Shown here: positions 16,863-23,800 of the stretch, one piece after another
Position numbering within the stretch: position 1 is the first letter of the stretch
Layout: each line of letters opens with the position of its first letter
From: Ignicoccus pacificus DSM 13166
GTDB taxonomy: Archaea > Thermoproteota > Thermoprotei_A > Sulfolobales > Ignicoccaceae
Assembly: GCA_025340205.1 (NCBI GenBank)
Contig: CP006868.1
Location: 1,200,001 to 1,232,000 of the forward strand
DNA length: 32,000 bases
Direction of reading: 5' to 3'
The notes under the pieces: generated by a model
What the model saw: the letters and a program-made list of their open reading frames with translations, nothing else
The model's database searches: none
Told to the model about the DNA's origin: nothing
Position numbers and translations under genes: made by a program

Positions 16863-17279
16863 GTGGAGGTCATCGACCTAGAATGCGTTAAGGAAGTGGC
16901 TGAGAAGTGGGGACTTAGGTACGTAGTGCTTCATGGTTCTCAAGCAAAAGGGTATGCTAAGGAGTTCAGTGACGTCGACCTAGCTATTAAAGTCGGAAGA
17001 GAACTAAATTTTGTCGAGAGAGGCAGACTTTACGGTGAGATGGAGGAGTGCGTTAGCGGCAAGCTCGACTTAAGCTTTCTAGATGATTGGAATCCCATAC
17101 TCGCTTGGGAGGTCTTAACTAACGGAAAGGTCATTTATGCAAGGGACTTAAATGAAGTAATAGAGGATAAGGTAAAGGCCATAGTAGAAGTATGTGATTT
17201 AGAACCTCTCTTGAAGCTGTCATACAAGGAGAACAAGCGTGCCCTCGCCAGGCTTAGCGGCAAGGGTGTCGAGAGCTAG
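16863..17279 (+). CDS. Nucleotidyltransferase-domain antitoxin (MNT)
   Basis: Pol-beta NTase motif LHGSQAKGYAKEFSDVDLAI (GS...DxD). 138 aa. Immediately upstream of, and overlapping, a DUF86/HepT gene. Confidence 0.75.
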   Translation: MEVIDLECVKEVAEKWGLRYVVLHGSQAKGYAKEFSDVDLAIKVGRELNFVERGRLYGEMEECVSGKLDLSFLDDWNPILAWEVLTNGKVIYARDLNEVIEDKVKAIVEVCDLEPLLKLSYKENKRALARLSGKGVES

Positions 17280-17664
17280 GAAGGCTATAGAGAAGTTGAG
17301 GGGGATAAGCGAAGTTCCACTTGAAGAGTACTTATCGGACGAGGACCTTCAAGCACTATCTGAAAGGTACCTCCACATACTCCTAGAAGCGATATTGGAT
17401 TTGGGGGCCTTCGTATTAGCGAAGAAAGGCGTGTCAGTTGGTACTACATATAGAGATATCGTTGAAGGACTCATAAGAATAGGCGTGATACCCGCTGAGC
17501 TGGGGTATTTAGCGAGGGGAATACCGGGAATGAGAAACGTATTAGTACATGGATATGCGGAAATAAGACATGACATAGTTTACCAGCTATTAAAAGATGA
17601 GTTAGGCGATCTTGTGAGAATATTTGAGAGAATCTTAAAGGAAGCTGAGGAGCTCGACCCTTAA
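17239..17664 (+). CDS. HepT (DUF86, HEPN-domain) toxin
   Basis: HEPN Rx4HxY motif in MRNVLVHGYAE. The more likely start is the in-frame GTG at 17266, which gives a 14-nt overlap with the MNT stop. Confidence 0.8.
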   Translation: MPSPGLAARVSRARKAIEKLRGISEVPLEEYLSDEDLQALSERYLHILLEAILDLGAFVLAKKGVSVGTTYRDIVEGLIRIGVIPAELGYLARGIPGMRNVLVHGYAEIRHDIVYQLLKDELGDLVRIFERILKEAEELDP

Positions 17665-17770
17665 TCATCTTAGGGAAAACAGAGGACTCTGAAACTAACT
17701 GAGCATTTGAGTATCTAACAAACTCAAGCTTTTATCCCTCGAGAACTATCTTTCCTACCGGGTTCCAAGC

Positions 17771-18301
17771 TTGTCCCTTCTCGAAAAGGCAAAGGAAAGG
17801 CTTGAGGAGCCAGCAAAGAACGACTTCGTCAAAAAGAAAGTCGAGGACTCTATCTACGAGGCCTTCTTAGCGAAAAAGCTAGTTGAGGAAGGTCTTATCA
17901 GGAACGCTTGTGGGAAAGCCTTCCAAGCTTGGAAAGAATTGCTCTCAGCTCTCCTTTACTTGAAGAAGGACGAGATCTTAAAGCTATTGAAGGATGAAAG
18001 GCAGAAAGAGTGGTTCTTAAAGAGGGGAATATATGCTCCTAGCTCTAGGTTGAAACCTCTGAGCGTGCTCTTGGAGAGAGTGGGCATACGAGACGTAAGC
18101 GCTTGGACCGCTGAAGCGCTTTCCCTTCATACCTACCAATACCATGGACCGGATCCGGAGGGGCTATGGGGAGGGCCAGTGGATAAGGAAGATGCAAAGG
18201 ATCACTTAGAACTGCTCTTGAGGAAGTGGAAGGAATACATAAGCAAGTACTTCGAGAAGTGCTTAGATGAGGACTTGAGGAAGGTTTTGGAAAACGTATG
18301 A
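17771..18301 (+). CDS. PaREP1-family (HEPN-related) protein
   Basis: The helical N-terminus LVEEGLIRNACGKAFQAWKELLSALL and the later EALSLHTYQYHG follow the PaREP1 pattern as I recall it (EEGd...AsEKaW.A...avkA ... LH.n.Y.G). TTG start. Confidence 0.55.
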   Translation: MSLLEKAKERLEEPAKNDFVKKKVEDSIYEAFLAKKLVEEGLIRNACGKAFQAWKELLSALLYLKKDEILKLLKDERQKEWFLKRGIYAPSSRLKPLSVLLERVGIRDVSAWTAEALSLHTYQYHGPDPEGLWGGPVDKEDAKDHLELLLRKWKEYISKYFEKCLDEDLRKVLENV

Positions 18302-18339
18302 TGGACCTTCTGGAGCCTCGAGCTCCGTTGAGACGAACG

Positions 18340-21300
18340 TTAGCTGGAGAGCTTGAAGGCTCTTCTGCGTAAAATCCTCCTCATGCTTGTGACTATAACG
18401 GCGACCAAAGCGGTTCCCGGAATCCTCAGACCAACGGTCACCGTCGTGTAGTCGCGCTCAGTCAGAGTGATATTGATCGATCCGTTGGGCACGAGGTGGT
18501 AGACGTAGAGCGTTGGATTTGAGGGATCCATCTTGATTATGACTGCTCCATCCTTTACTATGAAGCCCCTTACCACGTCGATATCGATGGGCTCTAACTG
18601 TTCTAGAGTCACATAAACCTTTCCGGTCTTCGGATCTATCAGCCCCACCTCGTCGCCCCATTTGAAGCTGAACAGGACCTTCCCGTCGGCGCTGACGGCC
18701 AGTACTTCTGGGTAAGAGATGTTGTTCAAGATATACAGCGTCGGCGAAGAGTTCAATCCGGTTAGCAGCAGTATCTTTCCGTTTTCCATGTCGTAGCTAA
18801 TAGCTATAGCGTTGGAAGTGTTTGCTATTATCTTTACGGACTGTGGAGGTTCGTTGAGAGTTATATTCAGGTTGAAGTCTATGATCTTTGTCTCACCGCT
18901 AAAGCTCTCCGGGAACTCAATTACTCTCAACACAGTTCCTCCATTAGTGAGGTATACCGCGTACATCGTGCCGTTGTCCTCGAATAATATCGGCCCGTTG
19001 TAGATGTCACTAAAGTAAGGATAGACGTGAGCTAGGTAGTAGGAAGTAGCGTTATCATCTACGTTAAAGTCCGTTCCGTTAAACTTCGCTAACTTAACGG
19101 TCGTTATTCCGAAGTAATATATGTAGAATACGGCATAATCGCTGTATTGAATGGGTGTGGGCGGATAGCCTATGCTTACCTTTCCGACGTAGGTTAACTT
19201 GTCGTCTTCTATCTTGAAAATGCTGATGTTAGTATAGCTACCCGTAGGGTCTATTATTACCAGAGGCGTGTTGTTAAGAACCATCGATGAGATGTAAGGT
19301 GTGAAGGTGTGCTTTGAGGGAAGTATGACGTAGCTCACGTTGATTAGCTTACACGTTCCTCCGCACTCCAGCTTGTAGAGCGTCGTGACGTTGTTGTAGC
19401 CATATAGTACTAAGTAATCTGAGTTGTTGTAGACCAACGTCGATTGCACGAAGTGATCGGTCTGCAAGGATAAGGTCTGGCTCTCTTGAACGTTCAGAAC
19501 TCCCCCATTATCAATCCTCTCAATGGTGAGGGCATGCGCGATGAAAACAGCGCTTAGTGCTATCGCTAGTACCAGCTTCTTCCTCCTCCTTAGGAATGGG
19601 AGGAATAAGGCGAGCAGCGCCGGCACGGGAACTCCTTGACCCTTTACAGTGATTATAGTAGTTGAGGTAGTGTTGATAACTTGATTGTTCAGTGTCAAGG
19701 CAACTCCGTTCAAGCTGTCGGATTGAACCAAGGCGGTACGATTCTCCATGCTCAACCCTATTGAAGGCTTCTGGGTGCTGGCGACGAGCGCTCCGGGGGC
19801 GTAGACCTCTCCGTAGCCCGTGTAGCCGTCGAAGCCCGGAGCGTAGAGGTCCCTAGCCCCGTTCATTACGGCGTATACGTTCTTTCCTATGCTGTAGGCT
19901 AAGGCCACTATTCCAGCCGCTATCGGAGAAGCGTAGCTGGTACCGCTGTCATAGGTCACCATGAAGTTGCTCGTGTTCGCTATAGGCTCTGAGAGCTTAG
20001 CTAAGACAGAGTTCGTGGGATAGATACCCAAGACGTCCTCTCCCGGAGCGGCGAAGGCCAAGTAGGGTCCGTAGTTGCTGAAATCCGCTAGGGTGTTGTT
20101 GACGTCCAAGGCGGCCACGGGATAGGTTCCGGGGCACATCGAGGGGAACTCGAAGCCGTTACTACTGCTCAACAACATGCCCTCGTTTCCTGCTGCAACC
20201 ACTACCGTCAGACCGGCGTTAACCATAGGCTCTACCTCATCTTGGCAAGCTTCTTGGAAAGCGTTGTACTCGCTGGAATCGTACCATCCTCCCAAGCTCA
20301 TGTTAACTACCTTCAGCTCGGGTAAGCTCTGGTGCAAGGTACTCACGTAGCTCGCGGCTCCGGCCAGACTTTCGTCGTCGAAGTAGCCGAAGTCCATGTA
20401 AACCGTTCCGTTGAGACAAGCGCTGAGAGTCGTGCAGTTGCTCGTGGGATACAAGACTATGAGGTCGGCTTTAACCGGGACGACCTTGACTTTTCCGAAT
20501 AAAGCAGGAGGCAATACTCCGGTCACGTAACTTGTTCCGTTGCTCAGCGTCAAGTTGCCGGATATCATGGAGGACACGAAGGTTCCATGTCCTACTACAT
20601 CGTATGGCTCCGTGAGTTGGACGAAGATGACTGTCGTGTCGTTCGAATCTTGGGGCGGCACCACGCAGTACTTGTATATCGTCGCGTTGTAAGGCATGTA
20701 ATACGGCGTTGTTATTCCAAAGATCAGGAAGGCGAGCCAATCCAATATTAGGTCAAACCTCTTTCCATAGAGGTTAGCCACGCCGTAGTCGCTGCACTCG
20801 CCGTTGGATATGAGGTAATCCACGAACGAAGTTATCGCCTTCGCGTTGGCCCAATCCGCATTGACCGGGGCTCCCGGCGCTAGGCCGGAGTCTATTACCG
20901 CTACCTCTACCGTTGAGGCAGAGGAGTTCAACTGAGTTAAGTTAGCCTTGATTGGAAGCACGCCCACGTGGACTGAGTCCAACTGCCATCCGTAGTTCGC
21001 CGTTCCATTAACCACCAAGTAGGCGTTCATCTTGTGGAACCTTACGAGCTTGGGATAACATGAGTACTTCATCGCAATTATTGACTTTAGTGAACTTAGG
21101 TCTTTTACGTGCATCATCTTCATTAAGTGCTTCGTGACTGGTACTACCTTCTTCATTTTAGGACAGAGTATAACGCCTTCCAAGGGTCCTCTGATAGCGA
21201 ACGCGACCGCTCCTAGGATCAAGAGGAGCACCAGCGCCCTCTTCTTGTTCCTAAGGAATAACGCGGGAAGAGCTACCATCGGTATGCCGACTTGTGAAGT

Positions 21301-22413
21301 TTGTGCGGGGCTCGTGGTTAAGCTATCCAAAGCCATGTAGAACGACGAGTTGTAGTATTGGTAATCTTGAGTGAAGTAGTCCACTTCGTAAAGGAGGGCT
21401 ACCTTGTTCTCAGCGACCCTCATAGAGTAGAGGTAATAGCCCACGTAAGCGCTACTTGAGAACGGTAGGTTCACATTAGACAAGTCCTTTGAAAAGATCA
21501 CGTGACCTTCGAAGTCCAATTTGTACAAATAGCCTCCCATATCAGCGCAGTAGACGTAGATCCCATCGTTCGATATCTCCCCTCCTATGCCATAACAAGA
21601 CAGTCCGAGGTTCAGTACTGTAGGATCGGTGCTAACCGTTTTTACTAGGTAAAAGTTGCTACCATCGCTTAGCAACATGGTGTCGTTTGCCCAATCATAA
21701 ACGGAGATCGCATCGACGTGCGTTAACTCGTTTAGGTTACCGCCTCCCAGATAGTTACCTTCCTTGCTTATTATGTAATAGTACTGTGCAAAGGGAGAGA
21801 CAGTCTCTACGTATAAACCTAGGTAGCCTTGTCTAGGGAAGAGTTTCAAGTCGGCACAGAATCCCGTGAAGGTTAACGGCAACCTCTTGGCGAGGACCCT
21901 CCTTAAGCCGTCCTCCGTGATCTCGTACTTGTATATCTCTATATAGAACTTGTTGTAGTCGGTTGTGTTCGGAACAGAAGATGCGAGGTAGAGGTAGCCG
22001 TTGTCGAGGGCCACGGACCCGCAATCGGTATAAGAGGAAGGCGACAAGATGTAGTAAGTATTCTCCTTAATCTTTGAGGGATTATCGGTTATATTAAATA
22101 GGTACAGTGTCATATTTGAATTTATGATTGCTAAGAGGCAGTTTTTGCTGTTAGTCTCAAGGTACGTATCGAATCCATCTCCTTGGAGGGTCACGTTTAC
22201 TGCATTTATCATATTCGTATCGTTGTTTACGAAGAACATGAAGAGCTTACCCGCGCTGGAGGAAATCGCTATGGGTATGTAGGTTCCGCTTGCATAGCAC
22301 AAGTACATGGAGCTAATTCCGTTGTAAGGTCCAAGCGTTATGGGATACGGCATCCACGTTAGGGCACGCGCTAAGACTATTAGAACCGACATAAGCATGA
22401 TAGCTCTTCTCAT
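18340..22413 (-). CDS. 1357-aa multi-module surface protein: N-terminal Tyr/Asn-rich ectodomain, central pre-pro-subtilase (S8), and C-terminal Tyr/Asn-rich ectodomain. The modules are separated by anchor/signal junctions.
   Basis: Uninterrupted ORF. N-terminal signal peptide. S8 triad motifs VAVIDSG (D508), VGHGT (H609), AAGNEG (N743) and SGTSYASP (S826). Three [G/R][I/V]P-hydrophobic-Arg/Lys anchors. About 35 N-X-S/T sequons by manual count. Confidence 0.85.
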   Translation of the reverse strand: MRRAIMLMSVLIVLARALTWMPYPITLGPYNGISSMYLCYASGTYIPIAISSSAGKLFMFFVNNDTNMINAVNVTLQGDGFDTYLETNSKNCLLAIINSNMTLYLFNITDNPSKIKENTYYILSPSSYTDCGSVALDNGYLYLASSVPNTTDYNKFYIEIYKYEITEDGLRRVLAKRLPLTFTGFCADLKLFPRQGYLGLYVETVSPFAQYYYIISKEGNYLGGGNLNELTHVDAISVYDWANDTMLLSDGSNFYLVKTVSTDPTVLNLGLSCYGIGGEISNDGIYVYCADMGGYLYKLDFEGHVIFSKDLSNVNLPFSSSAYVGYYLYSMRVAENKVALLYEVDYFTQDYQYYNSSFYMALDSLTTSPAQTSQVGIPMVALPALFLRNKKRALVLLLILGAVAFAIRGPLEGVILCPKMKKVVPVTKHLMKMMHVKDLSSLKSIIAMKYSCYPKLVRFHKMNAYLVVNGTANYGWQLDSVHVGVLPIKANLTQLNSSASTVEVAVIDSGLAPGAPVNADWANAKAITSFVDYLISNGECSDYGVANLYGKRFDLILDWLAFLIFGITTPYYMPYNATIYKYCVVPPQDSNDTTVIFVQLTEPYDVVGHGTFVSSMISGNLTLSNGTSYVTGVLPPALFGKVKVVPVKADLIVLYPTSNCTTLSACLNGTVYMDFGYFDDESLAGAASYVSTLHQSLPELKVVNMSLGGWYDSSEYNAFQEACQDEVEPMVNAGLTVVVAAGNEGMLLSSSNGFEFPSMCPGTYPVAALDVNNTLADFSNYGPYLAFAAPGEDVLGIYPTNSVLAKLSEPIANTSNFMVTYDSGTSYASPIAAGIVALAYSIGKNVYAVMNGARDLYAPGFDGYTGYGEVYAPGALVASTQKPSIGLSMENRTALVQSDSLNGVALTLNNQVINTTSTTIITVKGQGVPVPALLALFLPFLRRRKKLVLAIALSAVFIAHALTIERIDNGGVLNVQESQTLSLQTDHFVQSTLVYNNSDYLVLYGYNNVTTLYKLECGGTCKLINVSYVILPSKHTFTPYISSMVLNNTPLVIIDPTGSYTNISIFKIEDDKLTYVGKVSIGYPPTPIQYSDYAVFYIYYFGITTVKLAKFNGTDFNVDDNATSYYLAHVYPYFSDIYNGPILFEDNGTMYAVYLTNGGTVLRVIEFPESFSGETKIIDFNLNITLNEPPQSVKIIANTSNAIAISYDMENGKILLLTGLNSSPTLYILNNISYPEVLAVSADGKVLFSFKWGDEVGLIDPKTGKVYVTLEQLEPIDIDVVRGFIVKDGAVIIKMDPSNPTLYVYHLVPNGSINITLTERDYTTVTVGLRIPGTALVAVIVTSMRRILRRRAFKLSS
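18343..18426 (-). other. C-terminal anchor of module 3 (RIPGTALVAVIVTSMRRILRRRAFKLSS)
   Basis: Same tripartite layout: IP motif, hydrophobic stretch, Arg-rich tail. Confidence 0.6.
19531..19635 (-). other. Junction 2 (aa 927-961): anchor GVPVPALLALFLPFL, basic cluster RRRKK, and signal-peptide-like LVLAIALSAVFIAHA|L
   Basis: Read from the translation. The first 12 residues align without gaps to junction 1 (8/12 identical). An A-H-A site follows. Confidence 0.6.
19789..20931 (-). other. Subtilisin-like (S8) catalytic domain, aa about 495-875
   Basis: D508/H609/N743/S826 lie in canonical S8 motif contexts. The D-to-H and H-to-S spacings are longer than in classical subtilisin. Confidence 0.8.
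21193..21291 (-). other. Junction 1 (aa 375-407): anchor VGIPMVALPALFL, basic cluster RNKKR, and signal-peptide-like ALVLLLILGAVAFA|I
   Basis: Read from the translation. The A-F-A site follows the second hydrophobic stretch. Confidence 0.6.
22360..22413 (-). other. Signal peptide of module 1 (MRRAIMLMSVLIVLARA|LT)
   Basis: Basic n-region, 12-residue h-region, and an A-R-A site that fits the -3/-1 rule. Confidence 0.6.
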
Positions 22414-22444
22414 TTATCTCCCTAGGGGAAAGCAGTATCGTAAA

Positions 22445-22452
22445 CTTTTAAA
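22445..22452 (-). promoter_or_regulatory. TATA-like TTTAAAAG upstream of the 1357-aa gene
   Basis: About 35 nt upstream of the ATG at 22413, on the minus strand, inside an AT-rich divergent intergenic region. Confidence 0.35.
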
Positions 22453-22637
22453 CATTAAAATAGATTTGCATTGAACATTATTGGTCATCTTGAACTTAGT
22501 AAAGAGTTATACATTCGCTTCCTCGTTCTTTATAGCTCCAAGGAATATTCAATTCCCTTTGGCATATATTATCCAGTGCGAGATGCGTCCTCAACAGCTT
22601 AAACCTCTCGTGACCTCCCCTAAGCTCTGGTGAACCG

Positions 22638-23774
22638 ATGAGCAAGTACAACGACTTGATCGAGAAGTCTGTTAGGGCGATCAAGGTCCTTCTCCCTAAG
22701 GCTCTTGAGAGAAAGGGTAAGGATGTGATCAAGATAATGCACGTCTGCGGAACTCATGAGCACACGGTTACCCACAACGGCTTGAGGTCCCTAGTTCCTC
22801 CGGAGCTCGAGATAATTGCTGGCCCCGGGTGCCCCGTCTGCATCACTCCGGCCTCCGCCGTCGATCAAGTAATAGATCTAGCTCTCCAAGGAGTTAGGGT
22901 TTACGCTTATGGAGACGTCTACAAGCTTCCGGGCACCAAGGGAAGCTTGGCTACAGCTAAGGCTAGAGGCGGGGACGTAAAGGTAGTTTACGGCTTCCTA
23001 GATGCGATAAAGGATGCCAAGGAGAGCGGGAAGGAGGGAGTGTTCTTCGGCGTAGGCTTCGAGACGACAGTTCCCACAGTCGCCTCTCCCATATACTTGG
23101 GGAAAGTTCCCAAGAACTTGAAGGTGTTCTCCGTCTACAGGCTCACCGCTCCCGGCTTGGATAAGGCCTTGGAGGCCCACAAAGCCTTAGGAGTCCCCCT
23201 TGATGGAATAATCGCTCCCGGCCACGTCTCCTCGATAATAGGGGCCAACGCTTGGAGGTACCTTCCAGAAAAATACGGCTTGCCCACGGTGGTAGCCGGT
23301 TTCGAGGCCTATGATTATATGCTAGCGCTGGTCGACCTCCTCCAGCAGATGGCTGAGGGCAAGGCGGAGCTTCACAACGAGTACTCTAGGGTGGTAAAGC
23401 CGGAGGGCAACACGGTGGCTTGGAAGAGGGTCATGGAGGTCTTCGAGGTAGAGGACGCCTATTGGAGGGGAATAGGAGTGCTTCCCAACAGCGGCTTAAG
23501 GTTCAGGGAGGCCTACAAGGACTGGGACGCTGCTAGGGAGTACGGCTTGAAGGTGGAGCCCACGAACAAGGAGCTTCCTCCGGGATGTAAGTGCGCCGAG
23601 ATAAACCTAGGAATAGCGAAGCCTACCGACTGTCCTTACTTCAAGAAGAGATGCACTCCGACCACTCCCATAGGGCCCTGCATGGTCAGCGACGAGGGAA
23701 CTTGCGCTATCTGGGCCAAGTTCGGAGGAGGAGGCCTGGTAATGGAGCTGGCCAAGGAGGCCGGAATATTATAA
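22638..23774 (+). CDS. hypD: [NiFe]-hydrogenase maturation factor HypD
   Basis: All HypD signatures are present: CGTHEH (CGxHxH), GPGCPVC, GFETT, PGHVSSIIG, and the C-terminal Cys cluster (CKC...C...C...C...C). Confidence 0.9.
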   Translation: MSKYNDLIEKSVRAIKVLLPKALERKGKDVIKIMHVCGTHEHTVTHNGLRSLVPPELEIIAGPGCPVCITPASAVDQVIDLALQGVRVYAYGDVYKLPGTKGSLATAKARGGDVKVVYGFLDAIKDAKESGKEGVFFGVGFETTVPTVASPIYLGKVPKNLKVFSVYRLTAPGLDKALEAHKALGVPLDGIIAPGHVSSIIGANAWRYLPEKYGLPTVVAGFEAYDYMLALVDLLQQMAEGKAELHNEYSRVVKPEGNTVAWKRVMEVFEVEDAYWRGIGVLPNSGLRFREAYKDWDAAREYGLKVEPTNKELPPGCKCAEINLGIAKPTDCPYFKKRCTPTTPIGPCMVSDEGTCAIWAKFGGGGLVMELAKEAGIL

Positions 23775-23800
23775 AACTCCTCTTTATCTAGCTGGGCAAG

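Noticed and set aside
22496-22732. 78-aa minus-strand ORF spanning the hypD promoter and start.
   Set aside because: It covers an AT-rich intergenic region and the first 30 codons of hypD in antisense. It has no motif, no plausible promoter and poor sequence quality.
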